Below the pieces are notes generated by a model. That model saw only the letters and a program-made list of their open reading frames with translations. It was not told the DNA's origin and did not search any database. Positions 13,986 through 26,624 of a stretch of 64,000 bases of DNA are shown here, piece by piece. Numbering within the stretch: position 1 is the stretch's first letter; each line of letters starts with the position of its first letter. The stretch is taken from NCBI GenBank assembly GCA_964252035.1, contig OZ176205.1, one strand, 5' to 3'. A program made the translations under genes and the position numbers. The stretch comes from Podarcis erhardii (lineage: Eukaryota).

Positions 13986-16098
13986 CTAGCATCAAAAGGA
14001 AAAGAAGCGCCATCAGTAGTGGGAAGGAATGGCTTTAAAGGGACAGGATCACTGTAAATATATGAAACTGGTTTCGTCCAGGCGGTTGTACTTCAGAAGG
14101 CAAGCACAGTGCAGGAAGATCTGGGAAACACGGCTCCAAGCAGCTTTTTGCAAATTACCAATGAAATCTTTCCCAGTGCAAAGCTACTCAGGTGCAAAGG
14201 ATAGTATTTTCCCAATAACCTAAATAAATCAGGAGGGAGTCTCTTCTTCAAAGGACTGTGATGGTGGAAGCCTGACCACAACTACAAAGTGAATAAACCA
14301 TGTAGGAACTCTGAGCTTTCCAGTTGTATTAAGCCACAGTCCCATCAAATTCTAGTTTCTTGTATTAAAAAATAAAGTTTTCTGGTACACTAAAAGGTTA
14401 ACAAATTTGTTATGGCATAAGCTTTCAAGGACAGTAGTCCACTTAAATCAGTTGCATGAAGTGTTATCCTGAGTTGCAGGCATGCGCTGTATATAACACA
14501 CACATGGTGGGGGGGAGGGGGACTGTGAACAGTGAGAGAAGGAAACGAAATGCAGAAAAGTACAGGTGGTGATAATTATGTATTTAACAGTAATTATCAC
14601 AAAATATGGTTGAGTTGGTAACACACCCATCTTGTCACCGATAAGCTAAATAACACATGTGTGATGAAAAATCCATTGTACCCATTTAATCCACAAATTA
14701 TAGCACTGAACTCCTGATTTATTGTGATTCAGTGGTTTTTATGGTTAGTTATAGAATGTTCTAGGGTCCCAATCACAATGGACTTTTAAGAATTACACTA
14801 CATATTAATTGGCTTACCAATGACAGCATGGCAGGATATCAACTCAACTGGTTTTTGTGAGGCTGCTGTTAAGTAAATAATATTTACGTCTGGGGTTTTT
14901 TCTGCATTTCATTTCCTTCTGATCTCACTGTTTATATCCCCACCCCACTCCATGTGTATCTTAGATTAAGACTTTGTGCATCTGATGAAGTGGGCTGTAT
15001 TCCATGAAACTTACGCTGTAATAAATATGTTAATGTTTAAGGTACCACAAATCTCTTCAAAGAGACTCTAGGTTGGCAAGAGTTGTGTTGAGGACCAGCC
15101 ATTTAGAAGGCAGTTGAGTGGCTCTAATTCAATCCAAATTGGACGTAATATATTTAAGTGCCATTTTGGCTATTTTTAATTTACTCTTAACTATGCAGCT
15201 TTTGAAAATGATGCAGAGACACTTTTAAAAATGGCACTTCTACACTTAGCGGGGGTGTTCCATGCTCTTTTCGTAAGGGGAATTTCTGACCTGCAAATAT
15301 GCATATTTTATTACATTACAGAAAGCCCCGCAAATAGTACTAGTTTCTGCTTTTGCAGTCTTGTTGTCAGCCCCAAGATGTTGCGGACTCAAGAACAACC
15401 TTCTGCAGAATTCATGAGGCTGGCTTAACAATACTGGAGCTTTAAAAAAAAAGGCTCAGGTAACATCATAGAGAAAACGGTCCTATCATTGGTTGCTAGC
15501 CATAATGAACCTTCTATGTTTAGAGGCTGAACCTCTCTACCCGATGCAGAAAAAGAATCAGGGGACATTTATCTCCATTATGGCCTACTTGCATGCTTGC
15601 CAGGGAGGCGTGTGGCTAGTCAGTGTTAAACAACATATTGTGCTGGAGCCGTTGGGACATTCTAAAAGGCATGTTTGTATACCCACATGTGCAGGAATTC
15701 ATGTATTGGGCTCTGCCAAGAACAAAAGATTTAACTGCCAGGAACAGGAGACTGCAGATCAATGGGGGACTGTTTTAGGGATCTGACATCTTCATCATCT
15801 GCCAACCTGAGTCCATCTGTACCTCCCTCTGCCCCTTCCCCTTGAAGGGAAGAGTCTGGACTCTGGATCATGTCATCAAGTGCCATAGAAGAGACAGCTA
15901 TGTATATCCCCATATATACCTATTGTAACTGTACCATCATGTGCATTTCAACTGTAAATTGTTTTGGGAGCCAATCCTGACTTAAAAGAAGGGTGTGTAA
16001 TAAATAAATAAATACCCAATTCATTGTCATATCTATGAGGCTCAACTTTTTATCCTAACACAGAAAAAGATCATTTAAGGTTTTGTGTTGCAGTTTTG

Positions 16099-16142
16099 TT
16101 TTGCCATAAGAATCATCTGGTTTTGCCATAAGAATTATCTGG
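16099..16142. repeat. 22-bp tandem duplication
   Basis: ttttgccataagaatcatctgg / ttttgccataagaattatctgg (1 mismatch). Confidence 0.85.
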
Positions 16143-16279
16143 TTAGATAAAACATGTAGCCCACCATTCTGCCAGACAGTGGCCACTACAAGCATAAATA
16201 ACAGAACAAGTGGTGTCATCATTCCTCCTGATCTTGCAAAACTGTCTAACAGAAGGTAGCCTGTGATAGCTCTCTAGGG

Positions 16280-16332
16280 CAGGCATAGGCAAACTCGGCC
16301 CTCCAGATGTTTTGGGACTACAACTCCCATCA
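16280..16332. mobile_element. Half (truncated) hAT-type MITE
   Basis: caggcataggcaaactcggccctccagatgttttgggactacaactcccatca; left arm only. Confidence 0.65.
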
Positions 16333-17475
16333 ATATAAGGCAATATAAGGAGGCAAAAAACAAGAATGAGAGACCCAGGGCTTTTCATCTAAAATCTTCA
16401 TTTTTCAAACCAAAAGAGTATGCAGATAAAATATATCCTGCATCATAATGTCCCCTTTGAGTTGTCCTCCCCCACCCCCACCCCCTTCCCAATATACCAG
16501 GCCAATGAAATTTCTAAGATATTCCCGGCTGGTTTTGACCTTCTAAAGGCTACAGTCCAGAGAAATATACAGCTAATTCTGTGGGCCCAGTGGGACTTTT
16601 GAGTTCCTTCCTCGCTCCCCTCTCTTTAAAGAGCACTCCCTCACACAACAAGCCAAGTGGCTTCGCAGAGGGCTGCTGCTGAAAGGCAAAATGTCAAAAA
16701 ATTCTCTTGTGCCTTATTTAACCTAGCTCTCTGGATTGTAGGCCAAAGAAGACTGTTAACTTGGTTGCCTTGTTAGTGCGTTAGGTATATACAACTTTGA
16801 ACACACAAACAACAGTTTACTTATTTGGTTAAATGGAAATATTGCAGCTTATTTAAAGTATTAAGGGAAGCCTGACTCAGGCTGGTTCAGGAGCATCATG
16901 GTCAAGAGTTGCATATGTCAGAATGAATATTTTCTGTGTACAAGATTTCTAGGGAATCTTCACTCTGAACTGATGCAAGGCCTCTGGTAGCTGCTGACTT
17001 TTTCTTCACCATGTTTCCATTGTTTTACTGCCCAGCATGTGAAATCAGGCATTATCTTGCTTTTCAAACCTCAGAGGCACATAATACAAGTAGCTTACCT
17101 GAGCATATGGGGGCTACTCAAATCTGCAGCCCAGAAGACCCCTTTTCTTGTGACTAATCTCCCTTTGAGTGCTGAACTAACCAATGGCTGTCATTGCCAC
17201 AGCTGAATTAGTCACAGAAAAAGGAATGAAGCTGAGGTCACGCTAATTCAATTGGTTGTGTGTCGGCTCCAAATACGCAGGCAGAATGCAACTCATTGGA
17301 CACACGGTGCCCGAAATTTCAAGGGAAGGAATAGTAAGTGAAACTTTAATGGTGTTAGATGAAGGTTGGTGGTGGAGAGGCAGGGAAAGGTGGTAGAGAA
17401 TAAGGTGTGTTTCAGTGATGGAACTGCTGAAAGAAAAAGCTGTGTGCCAGACTTTGGGGCAGTCCACAGTCCTAC

Positions 17476-17487
17476 CTTTCAAGAGAC
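17476..17487 (-). CDS. NFASC: NFASC 12-nt RSLE microexon, phase 2 to 2
   Basis: Long CT-rich tract, then ccatgaag|GTCTCTTGAAAG|gtagga. Gives Y-RSLE-S, the L1-family YRSLE sorting motif. Confidence 0.9.
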
Positions 17488-20400
17488 CTTCATGGTCCAT
17501 GTAGAAAGACAAGGTGAAAAGGAGAAGAAAGAATGGGAATAAAACAGAGAGAGAAGCAGAAAGAGCCTGATCAGAGAGCAAAATGATGAAGTATGCATTT
17601 CAGGGGGAAGTGCTGGGGAGAAAAATCCACCTATCCCCCCCCCCCAAGGAGCTAGTCACTTTATTGTTGTGCATACAAAATAAATTAAAAATAAATAAAT
17701 AAACCTGTTGTGCACCCACACCAAAATATGTATCTAATGGATTCCAAAAGCAAGTAATTTGCAAATAAATGAGATGTGCCCTCAAATCTGAGGCAGGGAG
17801 GGAGGGAGCACTAGTAGGGCAGAAGATACAACCCCACATGGCTTCATTAAATGTCGTCCTGAAAGGCAGCTGAGCAGCCACTAGCCTGTGGTCTGTCATG
17901 CTGTTCCAATGACGTAATGTGCTACAAGCCCCTCTCAGAAAAGGCTGCCTTCAGGAAAGAAAGGAACATGGTATTCGCTTGACCTTGGTGGAAATCAGGC
18001 AGCTCTGCATATGAAGGGAGGGGGTGCTTCTAAGTTACATTTCCACTGTGCGGAGATTGTACCGGATGAGCAGATGGCAAGTGTCTTTTGGGAGGCAGGT
18101 ATATATTGTGGTTTCAAAATGAGTGGACTGGAGGGGAAGGCACTCTTATTCCATATATTACAAAGGACACACAAGAGATTTGCCTATGCGTAGAGGTGGG
18201 GGTGGGGAATGAGTGAAACAGGAAAGAAACGCATTATGAAATGCATCTGCTCCTTTCTTGGTGGCTGTGTTCAATGACCTCTGGGGCCCTGGAAGAATAC
18301 GGAATTGATTAAGGCTCTATCAAGATAGGAATTCTGACTGTTATGTAGTAGACACTGATGATGTCAGAAAACTGGCCTAATATAGACCCACTTCCAAGTA
18401 TCATGAAATTGTTATCTGGGTTCACATGAACCCACTTGCCAGCAGTCTGGGCTGTATGCAAGTGCTCCTTTGCCAATTCCTTGTACTCGCTATTGCTATA
18501 TTTTACACAGGGACCTTTAGTTGGGGGTGCATTGAAATCACCACTGCAACTGCAAATGCTTGACTGAGTAGAAAGCCCAGTAACGTTACCTGAAAATATA
18601 TGGGGAGCAGGAAGGAGCAGCTTGAATGGGACCAGCAGGTCTGAAGTTTAAAAATTCTAGTTCTGATTTGCTTCTCTCTCTCTCTCAACCAAATCAGTTG
18701 GCCTAGTAAGGCATGGTTACTGGAACAGAATGCTATTTAAGGACATGGGCTTCCAAACATCTTAGCTTACAAGGAGACCATTATTCTGGCAGCAAAGTAG
18801 AAAGAAGTGACAGTATCTCTTTAATTACAGGCTGCAGTGATTGGAATGCAGTGTGCACAGGGCACTAAGGATGTGAAGGGCATGATGAAAGCATATTAGA
18901 CATGCTTCTATGAAGGTAGGAAGAGAACCAATAAAGAAAGCATGTCAGCACATATCCTGTCCACCTTTCAAGCACTAATAGTAACTTTTCCCCCGGACTG
19001 CTCGATTCCTTGTGAATTTTAAGCAGCTAACCACTTTGCTTCTGACTCCTTATGGGATGTGTCACTTTTCTAACACCCTGCATTAACACTCTGGTTAATT
19101 GTAAAAAGAAGAAGAATAAAAATCTGTGATTTTTATCTAGGGGGGAAGGGGACGACAGTTGTTAAAGCATTGTGCCTTCAAAGTGTCCAGCTTGCACATC
19201 ATGAGTAATCACAGTTAATGGCTTACTGTGAATGCAAATATCACTCCTCTCCTCTAGACAAGGGATGGGGAATTGGATCCAGACTGCAGGCCGGCTCTTT
19301 ATCTTCCCCACTCTCCATGGGCAAGGTTGAACAGGTAGATGAGGTCATGCAGTGTGTGCTGCATAGAAGCCTCTACCGTCAGCTGATGGAACTTCAAAGT
19401 ACCACGCATGACTCTCTGTAAGCACTAACGACCAGCTGATTGTAAGGGCTTCAAAGTGTCACACACAGCGTCACAAATGTTGGGGCTTATTATGAGCCTC
19501 ACTAGGCACTATGTACAGGGTTTTTCAGGTCCTGCTGACTGGGAGTGTCGACAAAGCTGTTTTTGGCCCAGCAATGTCTTTACCTGCTCCACACCTGGTG
19601 CCATTTATGACTTCTGGTGAAGGGCAGCGAGGTATGGCTTGGTCAAAACAACCTTGCAGGTAAAATGAGGTTTCCCACTGCTGCTCTTGACAGTGGGAGC
19701 AACAAGCGGCGATCTCTGTCTCAGCATTATGCCTGACTGGGAACTGTAGTTTGCTATGCTGAAACAAAACATGGTTGGTAAGACAAATCTTGGCTCAACA
19801 CCCTGGTTTGTTTGGAAACAAACCACAATCCCTACTTCAGACATAACCTTAATACCTGGGTATTAAGGTTTGTTACGCCTGCTGGCTACAAGGGACGAGT
19901 GAAACGGAAGCCTTCTGTGCATTTGATGGTTTAATGGATTACTGTGATGTGCAAATTCTGCCAATGTGTGTGCATGAGGAGCTTAATATCAAAGCTATGG
20001 CATGTAACACAGTGACCGCTTCTGCAAAATGAGCATTCAGTTATAAAACCTAAGTTTTTGATGGGTTACTTCATTCATTCGTACTGTGCTGTTTTCTCCT
20101 GTCGCCATATTATTATAGTATTTGTCTCTTTATTTTCAATTTGTGCATTAAGAAATTTTCTTTCAGATTTATGCAGAATTCTAGACTAAACTTTTATTCT
20201 CACAATGGTTTTCTTGGACAAGAATTGGTGATTCTCAAATTCTCCTGATATACTTCATCAACACACTTTCATTTATTCAATAAAGTAAGTAATGCCTGAT
20301 AGGATAGTCAATTAACTAGTGTTAATCATAGTTTTTCTTCTAGGTTCATTAGCTTGGAGAGTTCATAATCATCAATATGGTTTGGAATAATAAACTCACT

Positions 20401-22094
20401 AAGAGAACTTTAGAATAGAGGGCATGGGTTGGAAACCAACCCACTACTTACATGAACAAGACAGTGCTTAAAGTTTCATGGGGTGACAAATTGGAGTGTA
20501 TCCTCTAAATGTCTAGTTATGTTTGCAAATGATCAGCCTTCAAATAATCCCTCCATTTTAGATTTGCTTATATGGTTTTATGCTGCAAGATGTATGCATG
20601 GTACTTCTTTCAAAGTTCTGCAGGGAACCATTCAAGCAGCTTGTTATTCATGACACCAGTTCTTGCTCTTCATCATTTCAAATCAAGCCCTTTTGTATTT
20701 CTTTCAAATAATTCTGGAAACTCTGGAGGATTTCGTGGGAGCTCAGTTCAAAATTAACTATATCTGAGCAGAGGGTCTTACCATTAGGGAGGGTGAACCA
20801 GCCACCTCAGGCAGTAAATTTGGGGTGTCATGAAAGGGCAACAAAGTGTTCATTATTTAGTTTGTTATTATTGTATCTTTACTGCCAGGAAGCAGGGAGA
20901 ATTGCTTGTGGGGTTTTCAGGTGCCAAAATAACTTGGCTGGCCTCACGAACTATACACCTTGACTTGATGGTGGTACACCATTTGCTGTTCTGCCTCAGG
21001 CAGCAAAAGGTGTTGGGCTGGCTGAATCTGAGTAAATCATCCTGTTTGCTTAAAAGCACTAAGCAAGCAGAGATGTACAAAGAGCACGTTTGCTCTAAGT
21101 CACATAGATTAACAAAATGCTAGCAGTGTTACCTGTTTCAGTGCCTTGGAAGCAAGGGGGAAACAAATGTAAAACTTGAACGCAGGACCCATCTGTGAAC
21201 AGCCAAAGAAAACACCTTGCTTTGGGAAGCTGAGATAAAAAGTGGCTGATGTCCTTAAAAGGTTGCCTTTGAGTTTCATAGAGGGGTGATTGTAGTGGCA
21301 CATGGCCCCCACTACAACAGTCAAGAGAGGTGGGTTTGCTAGGTTATACAGAGACGATCAACAAAATGAGATTGTCTGAGATCCTATAGAAAAGGATGGA
21401 ATATGGAGCCCATCACAGGCTTTTGGAGAAAATGTGTTTATTTTTCTCTAGATACAATCTGGGCAAGGTTGGGTTAACCTGTTTCTGGGCAGTGAATGCA
21501 CTGAGAGTGAGGAGGGTAAGTTGCTGAAAAACCCTGAAGATGCTTCTCTGAATAATCTGGTGTGTGTGAGGGACCAAACAAATTGCTTCCATCTCTCCCA
21601 TAGCATCTAGCTTTCTATCTGCTGTGGTGATACTAATGAGCATTCTATTATCTTTCTTGATCCATCATGTGCAAATTTCCTGGGACTGTACCATTTCAGA
21701 CTACACATGAAGCACTGCACATCTGAATGCCCATGTCCCCACTATCTGCACATACAATACTAGCACAAACATAAGCTAGGACCTCTGTTCCTCATGTGCT
21801 AAGTTTCCAGAGAAATTTTGATGTGAGTAAAAAAAACATCTTTTATCTGCAGCCTGAAATGGTACAGATATAGGAATAGTATACCATGCAAGTTATCTGC
21901 ATGTGGAGATCAACACCTTTTTCTTTTGCAGAGATCTTTGAGACATAATGGGAGAACAAAGGGTGGTAGAAAATGCACATTTATGGGAATGTGATATCTT
22001 GATGACGATTGAACCGACAAAGTTGCTCTTTGTAATAGGTGGGGTAGAGGGCAGAAAACAAATGCCTGTCACACATGCCAAGCAGAAAGCATAC

Positions 22095-22164
22095 CTGTAA
22101 TCAAACGACCCATTATCTACCTTCTGGTCATCAGGGTCCAGGGGTACATCTTTATTTTCTCGCA
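22095..22164 (-). CDS. NFASC: NFASC cytoplasmic exon, 70 nt, phase 1 to 2
   Basis: attcacag|TG CGA GAA...GAT TAC AG|gtatgc; VRENKDVPLDPDDQKVDNGSFDY. Confidence 0.95.
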
Positions 22165-23525
22165 CTGTGAATACATATGCAAAGAAGAAGAAGAAGAAGC
22201 AGACATCTTACTTTCATGTATTCAAGGCTGCAGTCCTAAACACACTTACGGGACTTGCTTCTGACTTGAGTGGGGACGGGTGAGGAATCCACCAAACTCC
22301 GATTCCAAAGCAGACTCTCACATTTTGATCTGGGCAAATCATGATTTCAGAATGAGGGCTGTGGGCCTGCTTCTGCTCTTTTGAAAGTGTTTCCTGATCT
22401 TTAAACTTGTAAAAATGGTTAATCCAGCCACCCTTGGCCCGAGCAGCTAGTGCTTTGAATGCAATAGAATGCAAGTCCCTCCGGGAGCGATGGGATTTGA
22501 TGAAGCTCCATCATTCTCATGAAGAAATGTATGGGAAAAAACACTGCTGCCCCCAGAATTCACATGGACCCTTCACCTCTCTCAAACATTTTTTTTTAAT
22601 ACCTTGCTGTTTGTGCATGGATATTTCATGTTTTTCTTTTAAAATATATACACTGAAATGGGATGGGGGGACTTAAGTCTCATCCCCATGTAGAATTGGT
22701 TCAGATGTCCATCCATTCCTAGGTCTGAGAAAACCTGTTTAGGATTGTGCTGCTAGCCTCCCAGCCTCTGCCGTCTTGTAGGTGGTCAGGAATTTAGACT
22801 GAAAATGGATGAGAAGCATCTGAAGAAATAACTGACATTGAGGTGGTTTTGCTGTTGGCAAATGTATGTGCAAAGTCATTTTTGATCACTTCCATGCTTT
22901 TAATCTCCAAAATATAATACACATAAATCCCAGGCTGAGCAAGATTCTGATTCAAGTTCTCTTTCAAATCTTGTCTCCTGCCATTGAAGTAATCATTATT
23001 ATTTCCTGCATCACAAATGCCTGGCTCAAAACTGTCACGCTAGTTGCATGCTGAACAGAGCGCAACAAATAAATTGATGTTACTATATTGTGAATAGTAA
23101 GGGTAGCATTTCCTGTGCATATGGCGTTTAGAATTGTTGGGAAATTGTCCCATGAGCTTAAAGCAAGACAAAATACAAGCTGATGTGCCTTATTTTTAGA
23201 ACTGCTGCTCTAGTATTATTTGGATGCAGTCCTGAAAAAGCCGACATTTGCCGACTACTATCATGCAGTGTGATATTCGGTAAATAATAAAACAGAAGAA
23301 AATAGTAGTAAAAGATTATGGCTTGGAAGTGTTTCCTAAACCACAGCTATTGTAACGTACAAAGAATATTTCTTGGACTCTTAATATGACCATACTCATC
23401 TTAACTGCATACCCTTGGGGCTAATTGAATACTCTTAACTGTGTTTTATAGAGATATTTAGCACTCTGCTATCTTACTTTGAAACAAGGATCTCTAGACA
23501 GACCAAGCCAGGTATACTATTTTGC

Positions 23526-23526
<1 letters not shown>

Positions 23527-23568
<42 letters not shown>
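23527..23568. repeat. (AC)21 microsatellite
   Basis: Direct reading. Confidence 0.95.
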
Positions 23569-23570
<2 letters not shown>

Positions 23571-24889
23571 GTTTGCCCTTAATTGACTAGTATGTGGGAT
23601 TGCTCCCTAAATACAATGGCCAGATACACCAGACAACTTGGATTACAAGCCAACATGGCAAGCTTTTCAGTGCCATATGAGAACCTTCCTATTTATGCCA
23701 AGGCATTTTGGATTGTGTGGATGGCTTTTGGAATTGTATTCTATTCTTGCTTTTAGCTTCTTGAGTTTTTGTTCTCTCCTCTTGCGTCTTATCAAACTTA
23801 TTTGTTGGTTTTAAATTGTATTTATACGTTGTGTGAATGAATTCTATTCACACTTTCGTACAGCACCTTGGAATCTTTTTGAGGAACAGTGGTTAAGACA
23901 TCTTTGGAATAAATTAAAAGCAACCAGTTTACTTCATCCCAATATCACATAGACCCTTTCTACTGGTGAATGTATTCTTAAATTACCACACTTCCTTTAT
24001 GCTTGAAGAGACCCGTGAAAAAGTAAGTAATTTTTTGCAAGGGACAGTGGGACAAGTGAAAGAAACACAAGTACATCTATCAGCTGAAAAATGTGAGTAC
24101 ATTTCAAATACCTCTTCCAGCAAATAAAAAAAGGGGGGAAGGGACTTATATCCTATTATGTGATTGCCTCTCACCTCCAGATACAGCATAGTCAAAATCT
24201 GTATGGTACTTCTCCCCCGCCCCACTATGGTTAATAGTTCAGGTGGGATGGGGGTCAGGGGTCAGTGTAATTGTGATATAGAAAACCGTGCAGGAAGAAA
24301 AGATTAAGAACTCCCTGTCCTAATGCAGCTCCCCAATAAAAAACCCTCTTGCATATCTGCCCATAAATAATATGGTTTTTCTCTTTCTTTTAAGGAAACT
24401 GGTCACGGATGCCCCATGTTATGTCTCTTTTGGACCTTGGCATAATAAACAAACACCATGCCATGTATTTTAGGTAGGGCATTATTTCCTTTTGGACTAA
24501 GGAAACAGATAATTGTTTCTGTATAACTGGCTTGTCATTCTTGTCACACACTGCAGCTTGATGTTAGAAGCCGCCTGCCACAATCCTTATGTGTACTTAA
24601 GGGTCTAGCACAAAACCTTCTTGCACACAAGACCTTATCAGATCTTGGGCGAGAACACAGTGGTCATCGCACAACCATAGTATACAGTTCAAGCAGGTTC
24701 TGAGAGAGGTGTTTTACCCCTAAGCCCTTTGAAAAAGAAAAGTATCAATGCAACCCCCCGTGGAGAAAGTCCTTTTGCAAATACAGAAGACACTTATCGT
24801 AGTGAGGTCAAATCCCCAAAAAAGTCATGGGATGAGGCTTCACCTCCTACCTAGCTGGAAGTCCTCTTGAATTGCCTTTAATGAGATTA

Positions 24890-25150
24890 CCGTATTTTTC
24901 ACTCTATAAGACGCACCAGACCACAAGACGCACCTAGTTTTTGGAGGAGGAAAACAAGAAAAAAAAAAAATTCTGAATCTCAGAAGCCAGAACAGCAAGA
25001 GGGATCGCTGTGCAGTGAAAGCAGCGATCCCTCTTGCTGTTCTGGCTTCTGGGATAGCGGCGCACCCTGCATTCACTCCATAAGACGCACACACATTTCC
25101 CCTTACTTTTTAGGAGGGAAAAAGTGAGTCTTATAGAGCAAAAAATACGG
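24890..25150. mobile_element. Tc1/mariner (pogo/Tigger-like) MITE
   Basis: TIRs ccgtatttttcactctataagac / gtcttatagagcaaaaaatacgg, with TA on both sides. Internal palindrome agccagaacagcaagagggatcgctg...cagcgatccctcttgctgttctggct. Confidence 0.85.
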
Positions 25151-25439
25151 TAATTCTTTTCAGTGCCACAGCTGCTAAAAAGTGGTAGGACGAAATCCTT
25201 CGAGTGGGAAGCCTATGATCATTGCTGTTTTTCTAGAAAAAGAGGTGCTGGAACTTACCATGAACATCTCCTTTGTTCTCTTATAATGGCAATGGCACCT
25301 ACGTGAGATGCCAGAACTGAGTTCCAATGAGTTCCGGCAGAAAAAAGCACTGGATGATTATGATCAGACCATCCATCTAGATTTGGGAATGAATACTTCA
25401 AACCCAACAACAATGCTAGTTGATAGCTATTTCTCTTAC

Positions 25440-25571
25440 CTGGATATTTCCCTCCTCTGCTTCTCTTAATGAAGCAAACTATCAGCAAAATCAGGACCAG
25501 GAGAGCGATGGCACACATCAGTCCAATAAACCAGCCCTGAGTTGCAATGTCCCCTTGGTTCTTGTTATAGG
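25440..25571 (-). CDS. NFASC: NFASC transmembrane exon, 132 nt, phase 1 to 1
   Basis: cctactag|CC TAT AAC...TAT CCA G|gtaaga; [44 protein letters not shown]. Confidence 0.97.
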
Positions 25572-25828
25572 CTAGTAGGAGAAGTTGAAAGAAAAAACGT
25601 TAAGAAGAAATACAATTGATCCACATAGTGCTGAAAAATGAAAATAGCAAGCAAAAGCTATTAGATGCTTCCTGTCCCACCCATTCCCAAGCTTCACATT
25701 TGAGGACTGGTGTCTCTCAATGCCGGTCTTCCCAAATTGGCCTGGTTTGGTTGCCACATGAAACCACAGTTAAAATAGAATTATGGTTAATGTAAAAGAG
25801 CAGTATGCTAGTACATGCTGCTCTAAAG

Positions 25829-25964
25829 CAGTGTTTCCCAACCTTGGGCCTCCAGCTGTTTTTGAACTACAATTCCCATCATCCCTGACCACTGGTCTTG
25901 CTAGCTAGGGATGATGGGAGTTGTAGTCCAAAAACAGCTGGAGGCCCAAGGTTGGGAAACACTG
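25829..25964. mobile_element. Intact hAT MITE (136 bp)
   Basis: TIR cagtgtttcccaaccttgggcctccagctgttttt and its reverse complement. Perfect 8-bp TSD CTCTAAAG (25821-25828, 25965-25972). Confidence 0.92.
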
Positions 25965-26090
25965 CTCTAAAGTGCCTGTTGTGACTGGGGAGGAAGCAAA
26001 TCAAAGGGGGTTTTGTATATTATATGCGAACCAGCAGTTGTGATTTGTTTCTCTTCAAACCAAGCATGGAAGCTAAGGTTTGTTCTTTGC

Positions 26091-26091
<1 letters not shown>

Positions 26092-26125
<34 letters not shown>

Positions 26126-26334
26126 TATACCCCACCCATCTGGTTGGGTTTCCCCAGCCACTCTGGGCGGCTCCCAACAGAGGACTAAAAACAGAATAAA
26201 ACTAAAAACTTCCCTAAACAGGGCTGCCTTCAGATGTTTTCTAAAAGTCAGGTAGTTGTTTATTTCCTTGACCTCTGATGGGAGGGCGTTCCACAGGGCG
26301 GGCGCCACTACCAAGAAGGCCCCCTGCCTGGTTC
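26092..26334 (-). mobile_element. L2 LINE 3' end (ORF2 C-terminus plus (TTA)n tail)
   Basis: Minus strand reads GAFLVVAPALWNALPSEVKEINNYLTFRKHLKAALF, matching the L2/CR1-clade ORF2 C-terminal motif (AP.LWN.LP...F+..LK..LF). Confidence 0.85.
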
Positions 26335-26380
26335 TGCTCATGGGCTGCATTCACATTGCAGTTTATTCTGTTCCCCTGTT

Positions 26381-26624
26381 TTCCTAACTGTTTATTTCCA
26401 CATCACATTGAGCTTTTACACCACATAAAAGCTACTTCCAGAAATACACTAGAATATAGTGCAAGTTTAGTGCTTATTTTCATGTTATTTGCAAATGAAT
26501 TTTTTTTGTAAACAAAGAACATAGAAATGAGTGCTAAAGTTGTGCTATATTCTGATATATTTGTGGAAGTGGCTTTTATGTAACATGAAAGCTCAAATAT
26601 AATGTGGAAATGATCAGTTAGGGA
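26381..26624. repeat. Degenerate long inverted repeat (arms about 26381-26491 and 26513-26624)
   Basis: Manual alignment of the arms shows roughly 75-80% identity, with mostly transition mismatches. Confidence 0.8.

Noticed and set aside
15660-15900. Possible LTR or retroelement remnant
   Set aside because: No recognisable termini or TSD
25967-26350. 127-aa ORF with a poly-Ile run
   Set aside because: L2 ORF2 remnant plus translated (TTA)n tail; not a gene
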